Of a stretch of 64,000 bases of DNA, positions 28,545-38,894 are shown in pieces. The stretch lies in NCBI GenBank assembly GCA_036794825.1, contig DAIRGA010000012.1, positions 60,489 to 124,488 of the forward strand, read 5' to 3'. Each line of letters starts with the position of its first letter. Position 1 is the stretch's first letter. Below the pieces are notes generated by a model that saw only the letters and a program-made list of their open reading frames with translations, did not search any database and was not told the origin of the DNA. This DNA comes from Bacteroidales bacterium. GTDB lineage: Bacteria; Bacteroidota; Bacteroidia; Bacteroidales; 4484-276. Position numbers and translations under genes: made by a program.

Positions 28545-31478
28545 ATGAACCACTTGAAAAATTTTGCCTTCGTTGCTCTTGTTTTGCTGCTGAATCTGCA
28601 GATTACCACACTTTATGCCGCCTGGCTTAGTTTTGAACCCCAGACGATTACACAACCTGATGGAACTGTGATTGAATGCTTTGCAACCGGCGATGAGTTT
28701 TACAACTGGTTACACGACGAAAAAGGTTTTACAATCATCAGGAATCATCAAACCGGTTGCTGGGAGTTCGCTGGTTTGTTCAACGAAAATTTAATTCTGA
28801 CCGGTCTTATTGTTGGGAGGGATAATCCTGCAACTTATGGACTGGAACCGTGGATAAATATCCCTCCGGAAAAGATGCAGGAAATCAGGGCAGATTTTCT
28901 TGCCAACCAAATGCCTGATCCTGAGCCGATCGCGGGTTTTGATAATCCACGGGGTGGCGGAAATGTCGGAACCTACAACAATCTGGTCTTTTATATCCGC
29001 TTCAGCGATCAACAGGAGTTTACCAGCGACACCACCTATTATTTTAATCTGTTCAACAATACCAACCAGGGCTACAACTCGATGTACAATTACTTTAAGG
29101 AGGTGTCGTATGATATGCTTTCCATGCCTTCACATTTTTTTCCAAGACCTCCGCAGAATACCGTTTTTTCTTACCAAGACATCTATCCGAGAGCCTATTT
29201 CATGCCTTACGATCCTAATACCAATCCGCAGGGATACCAGGGCGATAATGACCGGAGAAGCAGGGAACACAAGTTGCTTAAACGTGCAGTTGAAGCTATT
29301 GCAGGTGAAGTGCCTGCAAACCTGAACATTGATTACAATAATGATGGTTATGTGGATAATGTAATCTTTGTAGTAAGAGGCGGAACCACTGCATGGGCGA
29401 CGCTGCTTTGGCCTCACCGCTGGGTTTTGTACTCCGAGTTTGCCTATATCAATGGCAAAAGAGTGTACGATTACAACTTCAACCTCGAAACGAGCGTTCA
29501 AAACAGTGGAGTGGGAGTTTTGGCTCACGAGATGTTTCATTCGCTCGGCGGCCCCGATCTTTATCATTACACTTCTCAGCCGGTGACCCCGGTTGGTCCA
29601 TGGGACTTGATGGCGCAAAACCTAAACCCGCCGCAATCCGTGGGCGCATACATGAAATTTCGTTATGGCAAATGGATTTCTACAATACCTGAAATAACCG
29701 AATGTGGCACACACACGCTGAATCCTATTACCTCCAGCCAGAACAACTGCTTCAAAATCGCATCGCCCAACTCTTCCAGCGATTTTTTTGTGCTGGAATA
29801 CCGCCGCAAAAAAGGAACTTTTGAAGGTTCGGCTCCCTCTTCAGGTTTGCTGATTTATCGCGTCAATTCGGACATGGATGGCCAGGGCAACGCTCAGGGG
29901 CCACCCGACGAATTGTATGTTTACCGTCCGGATGGCACCAATTACATCAATGGTACTATCCAGCAGGCAGCTTTTGCTCAGGATTTTGGTCGAACCGCTT
30001 TTAATGACAACACCAACCCCTCATGCTTCCTTTCCAACGATATGCCCGGAGGTATTGACATCTCCAATGTTGGAACAATCGGCGAAACGATCTCTTTTGA
30101 GGTAAATTTCAAAAAGGCGCCGATTGCTGATTTTGCCGCTTCTGCAAATTTGGTTACGCCCAATTGCGGAGTTAATTTCTTCGACAACTCAGTTTGTTAT
30201 GTGGATTCATGGGAATGGACTTTTGAGGGTGGTTCGCCTTCAACTTCCAACGAACAAAACCCGGTCGGTATCTATTACCAAAACCCCGGCTTGTACAGTG
30301 TGACACTGAAGGTAACCAATCAATGGGGTGAGAATATTAAAGTGCAGGAAAATTATATCGAAGTAAGCGCATCTCATTTACCCGAAGCCAACTTCACAGC
30401 AAATGACACTTTAATTTGTATCAATGAAGTTATTCAGTTTACCGACCTTTCCACTATGTGCCCTGTGGCCTGGCAATGGATTATTACCCCCGGCAGCCAT
30501 CAATTTGTCAACGGAACCGATGCCAACTCTCAAAACCCTGAGGTAATCTTCACGAGTTCAACAAATTACTCAATTAAACTTTTGGTAACAAATTCCAATG
30601 GAACTTCGGAATTGATCAGATCAAATTTCATTAAAAGTGGTGGAATTCCTTTTTTAGATTTCCATGGATCATTTGAATATGACCTGCTTGCCCAAACAGG
30701 CTGGAAGGTTGAAAATCCCGATAACAGCATTACCTGGACTTTGTGGGATGTTGACGGAAGTGGAGACGGAACCAGGGCTGCCGGCATCAACTTTTACAAT
30801 TATTACAGTTTCAATCAGCGCGACCGCCTGATTAGTCCGCCACTCCATACCGGGCCGGTGATTGATGCAAAACTGAAATTCAAACATGCCTATGCACGGA
30901 TTAATCCTAACTTCACCGATTCGCTAATCGTAAAAATCTCGGACGATTGCGGCGAGACCTGGACACGATTGCTCACCCTGGCTGATAACGGGACAAGCAA
31001 TTTTGTTACCCGGCCACCTGTTGGCGCCAATTTTGTTCCGTCAACGCCTGAAGACTGGTGCGGCACCGATAATGGAGCGGGCTGCTATGAAATAGATATA
31101 ACGCAATGGGCTGGTTTGCAAAATGTTAAGATCATGTTTGAGTCGGTTTGCATTATTGGCAACAACCTCTTTATTGATGATGTCCATTTTGATATCATTA
31201 CCGGTCTTGAAGACCCAAATCCCAAATCAGGCAATGAAATTTTAAGCATTTATCCTAATCCTGCTTCAGAAGAAGTTATGATTTCGGTTAAAGGTTCGTT
31301 GACCAGAAACCTGCAATTATTTGATTCATTTGGGAGGCAGGTGATGTTCAGGAAAATCAGCTCAACATCTGACAATACCACAGTGACTTTGAGCCTGAAA
31401 GGGCTTACCAAAGGAGTTTATTTTCTCCGGATTCAAGGCGAAATGCTTAACTCAACCGAAAAACTAATTATCAAATAA
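28545..31478 (+). CDS. M6 family (immune inhibitor A-like) metalloprotease with PKD domains and T9SS CTD
   Basis: Signal peptide; QPDGT propeptide; AHEMFHSLGGPDLY (HEXXHXXGXXD); WDLMA; two PKD domains; CTD IYPNPA...KGVYFLRI...EKLIIK. Confidence 0.9.
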   Translation: MNHLKNFAFVALVLLLNLQITTLYAAWLSFEPQTITQPDGTVIECFATGDEFYNWLHDEKGFTIIRNHQTGCWEFAGLFNENLILTGLIVGRDNPATYGLEPWINIPPEKMQEIRADFLANQMPDPEPIAGFDNPRGGGNVGTYNNLVFYIRFSDQQEFTSDTTYYFNLFNNTNQGYNSMYNYFKEVSYDMLSMPSHFFPRPPQNTVFSYQDIYPRAYFMPYDPNTNPQGYQGDNDRRSREHKLLKRAVEAIAGEVPANLNIDYNNDGYVDNVIFVVRGGTTAWATLLWPHRWVLYSEFAYINGKRVYDYNFNLETSVQNSGVGVLAHEMFHSLGGPDLYHYTSQPVTPVGPWDLMAQNLNPPQSVGAYMKFRYGKWISTIPEITECGTHTLNPITSSQNNCFKIASPNSSSDFFVLEYRRKKGTFEGSAPSSGLLIYRVNSDMDGQGNAQGPPDELYVYRPDGTNYINGTIQQAAFAQDFGRTAFNDNTNPSCFLSNDMPGGIDISNVGTIGETISFEVNFKKAPIADFAASANLVTPNCGVNFFDNSVCYVDSWEWTFEGGSPSTSNEQNPVGIYYQNPGLYSVTLKVTNQWGENIKVQENYIEVSASHLPEANFTANDTLICINEVIQFTDLSTMCPVAWQWIITPGSHQFVNGTDANSQNPEVIFTSSTNYSIKLLVTNSNGTSELIRSNFIKSGGIPFLDFHGSFEYDLLAQTGWKVENPDNSITWTLWDVDGSGDGTRAAGINFYNYYSFNQRDRLISPPLHTGPVIDAKLKFKHAYARINPNFTDSLIVKISDDCGETWTRLLTLADNGTSNFVTRPPVGANFVPSTPEDWCGTDNGAGCYEIDITQWAGLQNVKIMFESVCIIGNNLFIDDVHFDIITGLEDPNPKSGNEILSIYPNPASEEVMISVKGSLTRNLQLFDSFGRQVMFRKISSTSDNTTVTLSLKGLTKGVYFLRIQGEMLNSTEKLIIK

Positions 31479-31692
31479 GATACTCTCCATCAACCAGTTG
31501 CACCTGAGTTTGCACTCCAAGCCTGAAAGCGTCAGTCGATTCGAGATTATCAATCTGAATTCTCGTCGTCTTGGGATTGTCGGAACCTACCACTTTGTAT
31601 TCCAACGAATTTTGCTGTAAATAGCCGACTACGAGATTTTCAAACCTCTTTTTGACCTCAATTACGGTTGATCTTTGATGATTTGCATCCAT
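31471..31692 (-). CDS. Small hypothetical protein (73 aa)
   Basis: ATG-started ORF following the ProX-like gene on the same strand; protein-like composition; 8-nt tail-to-tail overlap with the M6 gene. Confidence 0.4.
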   Translation of the reverse strand: MDANHQRSTVIEVKKRFENLVVGYLQQNSLEYKVVGSDNPKTTRIQIDNLESTDAFRLGVQTQVQLVDGEYLI

Positions 31693-31789
31693 TTTTTTAG
31701 GCAGAAACGATTGCTAAAATTACCCCAAACCAACTTTCTGAACCGGGGATATCGTATTAAGTTTTTGTTAATTTTTTCTCTTGATCCTG

Positions 31790-32287
31790 TTAATCATATA
31801 GTTGCAGAAATTCATAAGTATTTCCAGTCCATTGCAGGAAGCGTAAAAAGTCCTCAAATGAAACAACTATGGAAAAGGTGTTCAGATTTGGGTGGAAACT
31901 GATTTTTGAGGCTTTTTTGATGTTTTCGTCCAGAAAGAGATGCACCTGATGGTGCTCATCATTGATCAGCCCAAATGGGGAAACTGACCCCGGGGTTACT
32001 CCTAAATATTTTTCCATACGCTCAGCCGAAGCAAAAGAGAGTTTGCCCTGTTTAAGCCTTTTTTCAAGATCATGGATCGCCAGGTTTGCGGTATGCTCTA
32101 TGATTACCAGGTAATGCCTGTTACCTTTATGATTTCGGAAAAAAATGTTCTTGCAATGTGTGGCTACGATATCTTTCCAGTATTTTTGAGCTTCTTCAAT
32201 CGTTGGAGCCGGTGGGTGTTCGTAAATATCAAAGCTGATATTTAATTTGTTCAGGATGCTGATTACCTTGTCTTTCTTGTTTTCCAT
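31790..32287 (-). CDS. YbaK/ProXp-ala family aminoacyl-tRNA deacylase
   Basis: EHPPAPT, HCKNIFFRN, LSFAS.ER, LGVTPGSVSPFGLIND, FHPNLN; start at MENKK (32287). Confidence 0.9.
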   Translation of the reverse strand: MENKKDKVISILNKLNISFDIYEHPPAPTIEEAQKYWKDIVATHCKNIFFRNHKGNRHYLVIIEHTANLAIHDLEKRLKQGKLSFASAERMEKYLGVTPGSVSPFGLINDEHHQVHLFLDENIKKASKISFHPNLNTFSIVVSFEDFLRFLQWTGNTYEFLQLYD

Positions 32288-32440
32288 AAAGTTTGAAATC
32301 GGTTTGTTCAAAGGAAGAACATTTTTTTGGGAATTATTAGGAAAATTAAAATTACTTTTACGCCTCAAAATTAAAATCTAAATTTTATCAAGCAAAAGTT
32401 CAAAGAAAAATCACTATTTATTAATTAAATTTTTTACAAA

Positions 32441-35400
32441 ATGAATTTCTCTATCTACTTCGCAAAGCAAACCAGGCTTGCACTACTCGTTGCACTCGTT
32501 TGCGCTGTTACTGCCCTTTCTGCACAGGTTCAAACATATGAAGATTCCTGGGGAAAAACAGGAATTTCACTCAAAAGCGAATCCTCTGCAGGTGTTACTT
32601 TAAACTTTTCAATTACTGAATTTCAGTTTGTTGATAATGAGATTGACGGTATTCCCATGCAGGATATCATCATGCCGCAGGTATTTTTACCCAACAACGA
32701 AGGCGCCCCTAACCTTCCGGGATTAAGCCGCTACATCGCAATTCCACAGGGATCAAGGGCTGCCGTTAAAATCAAAAGCTATCGCACCGAAACACTGAGG
32801 GGTATTTCAATTGCTCCGGCGCCGGTCATCCCGCTGGATACAGAAGATGGTCCCTTACAGTACCGGAAAAATGAGAAGATTTATAGTGATAATGCCTACT
32901 ATCCGTCTGAACCATTTCTGCTCTCAGAATTCACTCAGCTCAGAGGCGTGGATGTGGTGATGTTTGGCATTACCCCTTTCCAGTACAACCCCGTTTCAAA
33001 AGAACTGGTAATTTACCGCGATGTTGAACTTGAAATCGTTTTCGAAGGTGGTAGCGGACAGTTTGGTGAAGATCGCCTCAGAAGCCGCTGGTATGACCCG
33101 ATTCTGGAAGATGCTCTTTTAAACTACAACAGTCTTCCTGTTATTGATTATAATGCCCGCATTCAGCAAAACCAGAACACCGAAAACTCAGGATTTGAAT
33201 ACCTGATCGTAGTTCCCAACAACCCCGCATGGATGCCTTACGCCGAACAAATTAAAGCCTGGCGTACAAAACAGGGTATTCTTACAGGTATTAAGACTTT
33301 GAGCGAAATCGGAGGCAGCACGGTAGCCATCCTTGAAAGCTACTTCAACAATGCCTACAACAACTGGACTATTCCACCAGTTGCCGTCCTGCTGATGGCC
33401 GACTTTGGCACGGATGCCAATAACAGCATCATTTCACCGATTTACAACAGCTACTGTGCTTCCGATAACATTTTTGCTGATGTTACAGGCAACCACATGC
33501 CCGACATGATTTTTGCAAGGATGACAGCCCAGAACACTACTCATCTTCAGACGATGGTTTCGAAGATGCTGAATTACGAAGCAAACCCACCAACTGATCC
33601 AAACTTCTACAAGTATCCGATTACTGCACTTGGATGGCAGACAGAGCGCTGGTTCCAGATTTGCTCCGAAACCGTTGGCGGTTTCTGGAGACAGCAGGGT
33701 AAACTTCCGGTTCGTATCAATGCAATTTATTCCGGAACACCCGGCTCAGTATGGTCAACAGCTACCAATACAGCTCAGGTGGTCAGCTATTTTGGCCCAA
33801 GTGGTAGGAATTATATTCCGGCTACACCAGCTGAATTAGGGGGATGGTCAGGTGGTACTGCACAAATGGTGGTTAATGCCATTAACGCAGGATCTTTTGC
33901 TTTGCAGCACCGCGATCACGGCTTTGAGGATGGTTGGGGAGAGCCTGCATTTACCAGCTCAAACATTCCCAGTTTAACCAACAATCAGGGCAATAAATTG
34001 GTTTATGTTTTCTCTATTAACTGCTTAACCGGAAAGTACAACCTTTCAGGAGAGTGTTTTACCGAGAAATTCCATCGTTACACTTACCAGGGACAGAATG
34101 CAGGTGCGTTGGGTCTCATAGCTGCGTCAGAAGTATCCTACTCATTTGTTAATGATGCCTTTGTATGGGGTATGATGGACAATATGTATCCGAACTTTAT
34201 GCCTGATTATGGCAACAATGTTCCCATGAGAGGTTTCCTTCCTGCATTCGGCAATGCAGCGGGAAAGATTTTCCTTCAGCAATCGCAATGGCCTTATAAT
34301 ACCAACAACAAAGAGGTTACCTATCACCTCTTCCATCAACATGGCGGCGCTTTCATGCAGGTTTATACCGAAGTGCCTCAGAACATGGTAATTACACACA
34401 ACCCAATTCTCTACAGTGGTAATTCATCATTCTCAGTTGTTGCCCCCCAGGGAGCTTTTATTGCATTAACAGTTAATGGCGAAATTATCGGAACCGCCAC
34501 AAGCAACGGAGGCGCTACCAACATCACTATTCAGCCCCAGTTACCACCAAACACAATGATAGTAACCGTGACCAAACAAGACTATTACCGTTATGAAGCA
34601 AATGTTGATATTATTCCTCCAACCGGGCCCTATGTAGTTGGTGATTCCTACGTGATTAATGATGCAGCAGGTAATAACAATGGTTTAATGGATTATGGCG
34701 AAAGCATTTCGTTACACATGACAATGAAAAACGTTGGCGTGGCCCCAGCAAATAACGTCAATACCACAATGACCACCACCAGTCAGTATGTTACAATCAC
34801 GGATGGTTATGCTTCATTTGGTAACATCGCTCCAAATGGAACTGCCACTCTAAACAATGCATTTGCACTTACAGTTTCGCCAAATATTCCCGATAATCAT
34901 AGTGTGACTTTCACTTTATCCTCCACTAACGGAACTGATACCTGGATCAGCTATATTTCAATTCCTGGCCACGCTCCTAACCTTAAATTCAAGGAGTATA
35001 TTGTAAACGATGGTAGTGGCAACGGCAACGGGTTACTTGATCCGGGCGAAACAGCTCCTATGGTTATCACGGTCGAAAATCAGGGTTCTGCCGCCGCTTA
35101 CAGCGTTGTTGGAACGCTTACCTCCACAGATCCTTATGTTTCTGTACTGACATCACAACCTCAGAATATGGGCAACGTTCCAGCAGGCGCCACAGCTAAT
35201 TGCACATTCAACGTATCAGCAAGTGCAAGCGTTCCGGCAGGCTACACAGCCAACCTTACGCTCAATCTTAATGCTAACCTCGGGGTGTCGCAGCAAACTA
35301 CCATTCAGCTTCTTTTTCCGGATTACTGCTATCCGACGGCTAACTGTTCGTATGCTGACGGCTTTACCGGATTTGCCCTCGAACAAATCAATAATATGAC

Positions 35401-36556
35401 AGGAAACGGTTGTAGCCCCAACGGTTATGGCAACTTTACCAACATGGTGGCCAATCTCCAGGGTGGTCAGACCTACTCTGTTCAGTGGAAAACCGGCTAC
35501 AGCAACCAGCAGGCCTGCCTCTGGATTGACCTGAACGACAATAAAGAATTCGAAGCTTCTGAAAGGCTGATTACCAATTATGTGATGGCTCAGGCCAATG
35601 TGGTTTACACAACTACATTTACGGTTCCAGCCGGCAATTACTCTGGTGATAAAAGAATCAGAATCCGAGCCAACTGGCAGAATTCCGCTTCTGACCCATG
35701 CGCTAATTTCAGCTATGGCGAAACCGAGGATTATACGGCAAACTTTGGAAATCCTGTTTTCCTGGAACCACCGCAAAATGTAGCTGCTACAGTTAACGGA
35801 AATAACGTAACCATTACATGGCAAGCTCCGGCAAGTGTAAGTGATGCTTTATTAGGCTACAATGTTTATCGCGATGGTATTAAGATCGCCAACCTCGTAA
35901 CCAATCTTACATTCACTGATAATAATGTTCCGGTTGGAAGTCACTGGTATTCCGTGTGTGCCGTATATTCTGAAGGCGAATCCGGAATGGCTCAACCGGT
36001 ACAGGTTAATGTTGGTTCGCTGCAAGGAAAACTCCAGGGATTCATCAGGAATGCCGTTACCAATGCTGTAATTCCAAATGCATGGGTGTCAGCGCTCAAT
36101 GCAGACTTTGGAGCAGTTACCTACAACACCATATTTGGAAGTCATTACACCCTTTATCTGCCAGCTGGTAATTACACCGTGGTATGCAGCGCTCCGGGAT
36201 TCCAGTCTATCACAGTAAATAATGTTACCATCCAGGATGGACAGACAAGAGCGCTCAACTTCTATATGTACAGCGCTGCTGATGATGAAAATGGTGATGC
36301 ATTAACAGGAATTGGACAATATGTAATGGAAGATCTTTCCATCTATCCGAACCCTGCATCGGGTGAGGTAAATATTACTACCACGTCAGCGTTGAAACAG
36401 GTCAGAATCCTCAATAATATGGGGCAGGCTGTTTTTACAGGTGGCGGCAGCGACTTCTCATTGAAAGTGAATGCCTCAGGCTTCTCACGGGGTATCTATT
36501 TCATCGAGGTGGAAACTGAAAATCATAAATTTATCGAAAAGCTGGTCATCAACTAA
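32441..36556 (+). CDS. C25 family (gingipain-like) cysteine peptidase with GEVED, FN3 and T9SS CTD
   Basis: Propeptide (GAPNLP, PFQYNP), catalytic His/Cys candidates HRDHG and SINCLTG, GEVED (WIDLNDN, YGETEDY), FN3 (LLGYNVYRDG), CTD IYPNPA...GIYFIEV...KLVIN. Confidence 0.9.
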   Translation: MNFSIYFAKQTRLALLVALVCAVTALSAQVQTYEDSWGKTGISLKSESSAGVTLNFSITEFQFVDNEIDGIPMQDIIMPQVFLPNNEGAPNLPGLSRYIAIPQGSRAAVKIKSYRTETLRGISIAPAPVIPLDTEDGPLQYRKNEKIYSDNAYYPSEPFLLSEFTQLRGVDVVMFGITPFQYNPVSKELVIYRDVELEIVFEGGSGQFGEDRLRSRWYDPILEDALLNYNSLPVIDYNARIQQNQNTENSGFEYLIVVPNNPAWMPYAEQIKAWRTKQGILTGIKTLSEIGGSTVAILESYFNNAYNNWTIPPVAVLLMADFGTDANNSIISPIYNSYCASDNIFADVTGNHMPDMIFARMTAQNTTHLQTMVSKMLNYEANPPTDPNFYKYPITALGWQTERWFQICSETVGGFWRQQGKLPVRINAIYSGTPGSVWSTATNTAQVVSYFGPSGRNYIPATPAELGGWSGGTAQMVVNAINAGSFALQHRDHGFEDGWGEPAFTSSNIPSLTNNQGNKLVYVFSINCLTGKYNLSGECFTEKFHRYTYQGQNAGALGLIAASEVSYSFVNDAFVWGMMDNMYPNFMPDYGNNVPMRGFLPAFGNAAGKIFLQQSQWPYNTNNKEVTYHLFHQHGGAFMQVYTEVPQNMVITHNPILYSGNSSFSVVAPQGAFIALTVNGEIIGTATSNGGATNITIQPQLPPNTMIVTVTKQDYYRYEANVDIIPPTGPYVVGDSYVINDAAGNNNGLMDYGESISLHMTMKNVGVAPANNVNTTMTTTSQYVTITDGYASFGNIAPNGTATLNNAFALTVSPNIPDNHSVTFTLSSTNGTDTWISYISIPGHAPNLKFKEYIVNDGSGNGNGLLDPGETAPMVITVENQGSAAAYSVVGTLTSTDPYVSVLTSQPQNMGNVPAGATANCTFNVSASASVPAGYTANLTLNLNANLGVSQQTTIQLLFPDYCYPTANCSYADGFTGFALEQINNMTGNGCSPNGYGNFTNMVANLQGGQTYSVQWKTGYSNQQACLWIDLNDNKEFEASERLITNYVMAQANVVYTTTFTVPAGNYSGDKRIRIRANWQNSASDPCANFSYGETEDYTANFGNPVFLEPPQNVAATVNGNNVTITWQAPASVSDALLGYNVYRDGIKIANLVTNLTFTDNNVPVGSHWYSVCAVYSEGESGMAQPVQVNVGSLQGKLQGFIRNAVTNAVIPNAWVSALNADFGAVTYNTIFGSHYTLYLPAGNYTVVCSAPGFQSITVNNVTIQDGQTRALNFYMYSAADDENGDALTGIGQYVMEDLSIYPNPASGEVNITTTSALKQVRILNNMGQAVFTGGGSDFSLKVNASGFSRGIYFIEVETENHKFIEKLVIN

Positions 36557-36574
36557 TTTTTGATAAAGCAAACT

Positions 36575-36609
36575 AAAAAGGGAGCTTCCGGTTGGGAGCT
36601 CCCTTTTTT
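36575..36609. terminator. Bidirectional terminator between convergent C25 and speA genes
   Basis: AAAAAGGGAGCT...AGCTCCCTTTTT perfect IR with A and T tails. Confidence 0.85.
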
Positions 36610-36632
36610 ATTACCATCGAATTTATATCGTT

Positions 36633-38024
36633 CTAAAATCCCAGTGTTTTTAGCATTGATTTGTACGACTGCTCCTTGGCAAAAAGTTTAGGAAAATAAT
36701 CACCATTTTCATCAAGGTCAATGATGATATGCTTTGGCGCAGGGATCAGGCAGTGCTGGATGCCGCCATATCCACCGAGCGATTCCTGGTATGCCCCGGT
36801 GTGAAAGAATCCTATGTAGAGTGGATCGCTTTTGTCAAATTTCGGTAAAAAAACGGCATTGGTATGGGCTTCATCATTATAGTAATCCTGGCTGTCGCAA
36901 GTTAATCCGCCAAGGCAGACTCTCTGATACTCAACATCCCATTTGTTTATCGGGAGCAAAATGAATCGTTGATTAATCGCCCATGAATCCGGTAGCGTAG
37001 TCATAAATGAACTGTCAATCATATTCCACAATTCGCGGTCGTTTTGTTGCTTTTGATCCAAAACCGAGTAAAGTACAGCGCCGCTTTCGCCCACGGTGAA
37101 TGAGCCAAATTCGGTAAAAATATCCGGTTCGGGCACGCCGTGCTGGTCACAAACCGATTTGATCTGTGCCACAATCTCTTCGGCCATGTATTCATAGTCA
37201 AATTCGAATCCCAACGAACGTTTGATCGGGAAGCCTCCACCGATGTTGAAAGAGTCCAATTCAGGGCAAACCTTTTTCAATTCGCAATACACATTAAGAC
37301 TCTTGTTCAGCTCGTTCCAGTAATAAGCAGTGTCTTTAATGCCTGTATTGATAAAGAAATGAAGCATCTTTAATCCGATTTTCGGATTGTTCTTGATCTT
37401 TTCATGATAGAATGGAACGATGTCGTTGTAACGAATGCCAAGACGCGAGGTGTAAAAGTTGAACATCGGTTCTTCCTCAGATGCAATCCTTATCCCAACA
37501 TTGAACTTGTTGTTCACATTATCAACATAATAATTCAGTTCGTCCATATTATCCAATATAGGAATCGTATTTTCAAAACCCTCATTGATCAGGCGAACAA
37601 TATTTTCGAGATAAAGCTGGCGTTTAAATCCGTTGGAGATGATAAAGATATCCTTGTTAATCAGCCCGGTATTGTATAATTCTTCGATAATATGGATGTC
37701 AAATGCCGATGAGGTTTCCAGATTTATTTTGTTCTTCAGGGCTTCCTCAAGTACAAAGGAGAAGTGGGAACTCTTTGTACAATAGCAATATTTGTAATCA
37801 CCCTGATAATCTACCTTGGCCATTGCCACATTAAAAAGTCTTCTTGCTTTTTGAATCTGGGCGCTGATTTTTGGTAAATATGTGAGTTTTACAGGAGTAC
37901 CATATTGTTTTATGATTTCCATCAACGGAATGTCATGGAAGTGCAACTCATTGTCAATCACGTTGAACTCTTCCTGCGGAAACTCAAAGGTTTGTTCAAT
38001 CAGGTCAATGTATTTGATTTTCAT
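36633..38024 (-). CDS. speA: Arginine decarboxylase (Bacteroidota short form, PLP group IV)
   Basis: YCYCTKSSHF (PLP lysine), NGFK, SRLG, HFFI, NIGGG, EFGSFTVG, LTCDSQD, FHTGAYQE.LGG. Confidence 0.88.
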   Translation of the reverse strand: MKIKYIDLIEQTFEFPQEEFNVIDNELHFHDIPLMEIIKQYGTPVKLTYLPKISAQIQKARRLFNVAMAKVDYQGDYKYCYCTKSSHFSFVLEEALKNKINLETSSAFDIHIIEELYNTGLINKDIFIISNGFKRQLYLENIVRLINEGFENTIPILDNMDELNYYVDNVNNKFNVGIRIASEEEPMFNFYTSRLGIRYNDIVPFYHEKIKNNPKIGLKMLHFFINTGIKDTAYYWNELNKSLNVYCELKKVCPELDSFNIGGGFPIKRSLGFEFDYEYMAEEIVAQIKSVCDQHGVPEPDIFTEFGSFTVGESGAVLYSVLDQKQQNDRELWNMIDSSFMTTLPDSWAINQRFILLPINKWDVEYQRVCLGGLTCDSQDYYNDEAHTNAVFLPKFDKSDPLYIGFFHTGAYQESLGGYGGIQHCLIPAPKHIIIDLDENGDYFPKLFAKEQSYKSMLKTLGF

Positions 38025-38094
38025 TTCGATTAATATTTTTAATGAATGAATATAAAACCAATCAAACCAATAAACTTACTTTGTTTACTTTTGG

Positions 38095-38102
38095 CAAAAG
38101 TA
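38095..38102 (-). promoter_or_regulatory. Bacteroidota -7 promoter box for speA
   Basis: CAAAAGTA on + = TACTTTTG on -, about 70 nt upstream of the start. Confidence 0.5.
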
Positions 38103-38304
38103 AGTAATTCGGATTATTCTGGTTTGGCGATTTGATATGTTTTTGTTGACTATTTTATCATCATTGCTCAGGTGCTTGCGCATGTTACCTCTGCTTATCC
38201 AATGTGCAATCAAGCTGAAATGCAAATTGAAATACGACCAAAAGTCCTCTTATTTAATAGCGTGGATAAAACAGGTTGGGTTAATGAGTAAGTTTGATCG
38301 GGCT

Positions 38305-38886
38305 TTATTTCCACTCAATAGTTGCAAGCAGGTGATCAATATCACTGACAATGAAGTCAATAACAGGCTTCAGTGAATCATTGTTGGGACGGACTGAAAA
38401 GTAGAGCGCTCCCCTGAGATAATGTTCGGTGCTATCTGTTACCCAAAATTGAAAAGGCGAGGCAGCCTCCTTTCCTTCGATTCGCCATGCCATCCCAAAC
38501 ACTCTGTTTTCAGGATTTTCGACAATCAGTTCGCGGATTCCCTGTGCTTTGTCGGCATGGCGATAAACAAAATTACGGGCATCTTCCGATAAATTGTAAA
38601 GATCGTTTTCCAGAAGTGACTTATAGCTGACATGAATTTTCCCTTTGAATTCCGGATAAGTAATGTTCAGCCAGTAGAGACCGCTTTTGGTATAATCGTC
38701 AAACTCAATTTCGGCAGATGTCGAATATTCGAAATGATAAGGGAACGCAGAGTCAAAAACCTGATAGGAATGCTCCGGAAGATCAATCCTGAGGTATCCG
38801 GCGGGGCGGGGCAGGGAAGGCGGTGCGGAACAGGAGATCAGAACAAATGCTACTGCTGCAGTGAGCGCGAAAAGATGCTTTGGCAT
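38305..38886 (-). CDS. gldD: Gliding motility lipoprotein GldD
   Basis: Lipobox LISC, PRPAGYLRIDLP, ASPFQFWVTDSTEHYLRGALYF...PNNDSLKP; downstream of gldE. Confidence 0.92.
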   Translation of the reverse strand: MPKHLFALTAAVAFVLISCSAPPSLPRPAGYLRIDLPEHSYQVFDSAFPYHFEYSTSAEIEFDDYTKSGLYWLNITYPEFKGKIHVSYKSLLENDLYNLSEDARNFVYRHADKAQGIRELIVENPENRVFGMAWRIEGKEAASPFQFWVTDSTEHYLRGALYFSVRPNNDSLKPVIDFIVSDIDHLLATIEWK

Positions 38887-38894
38887 GAGTTTAA

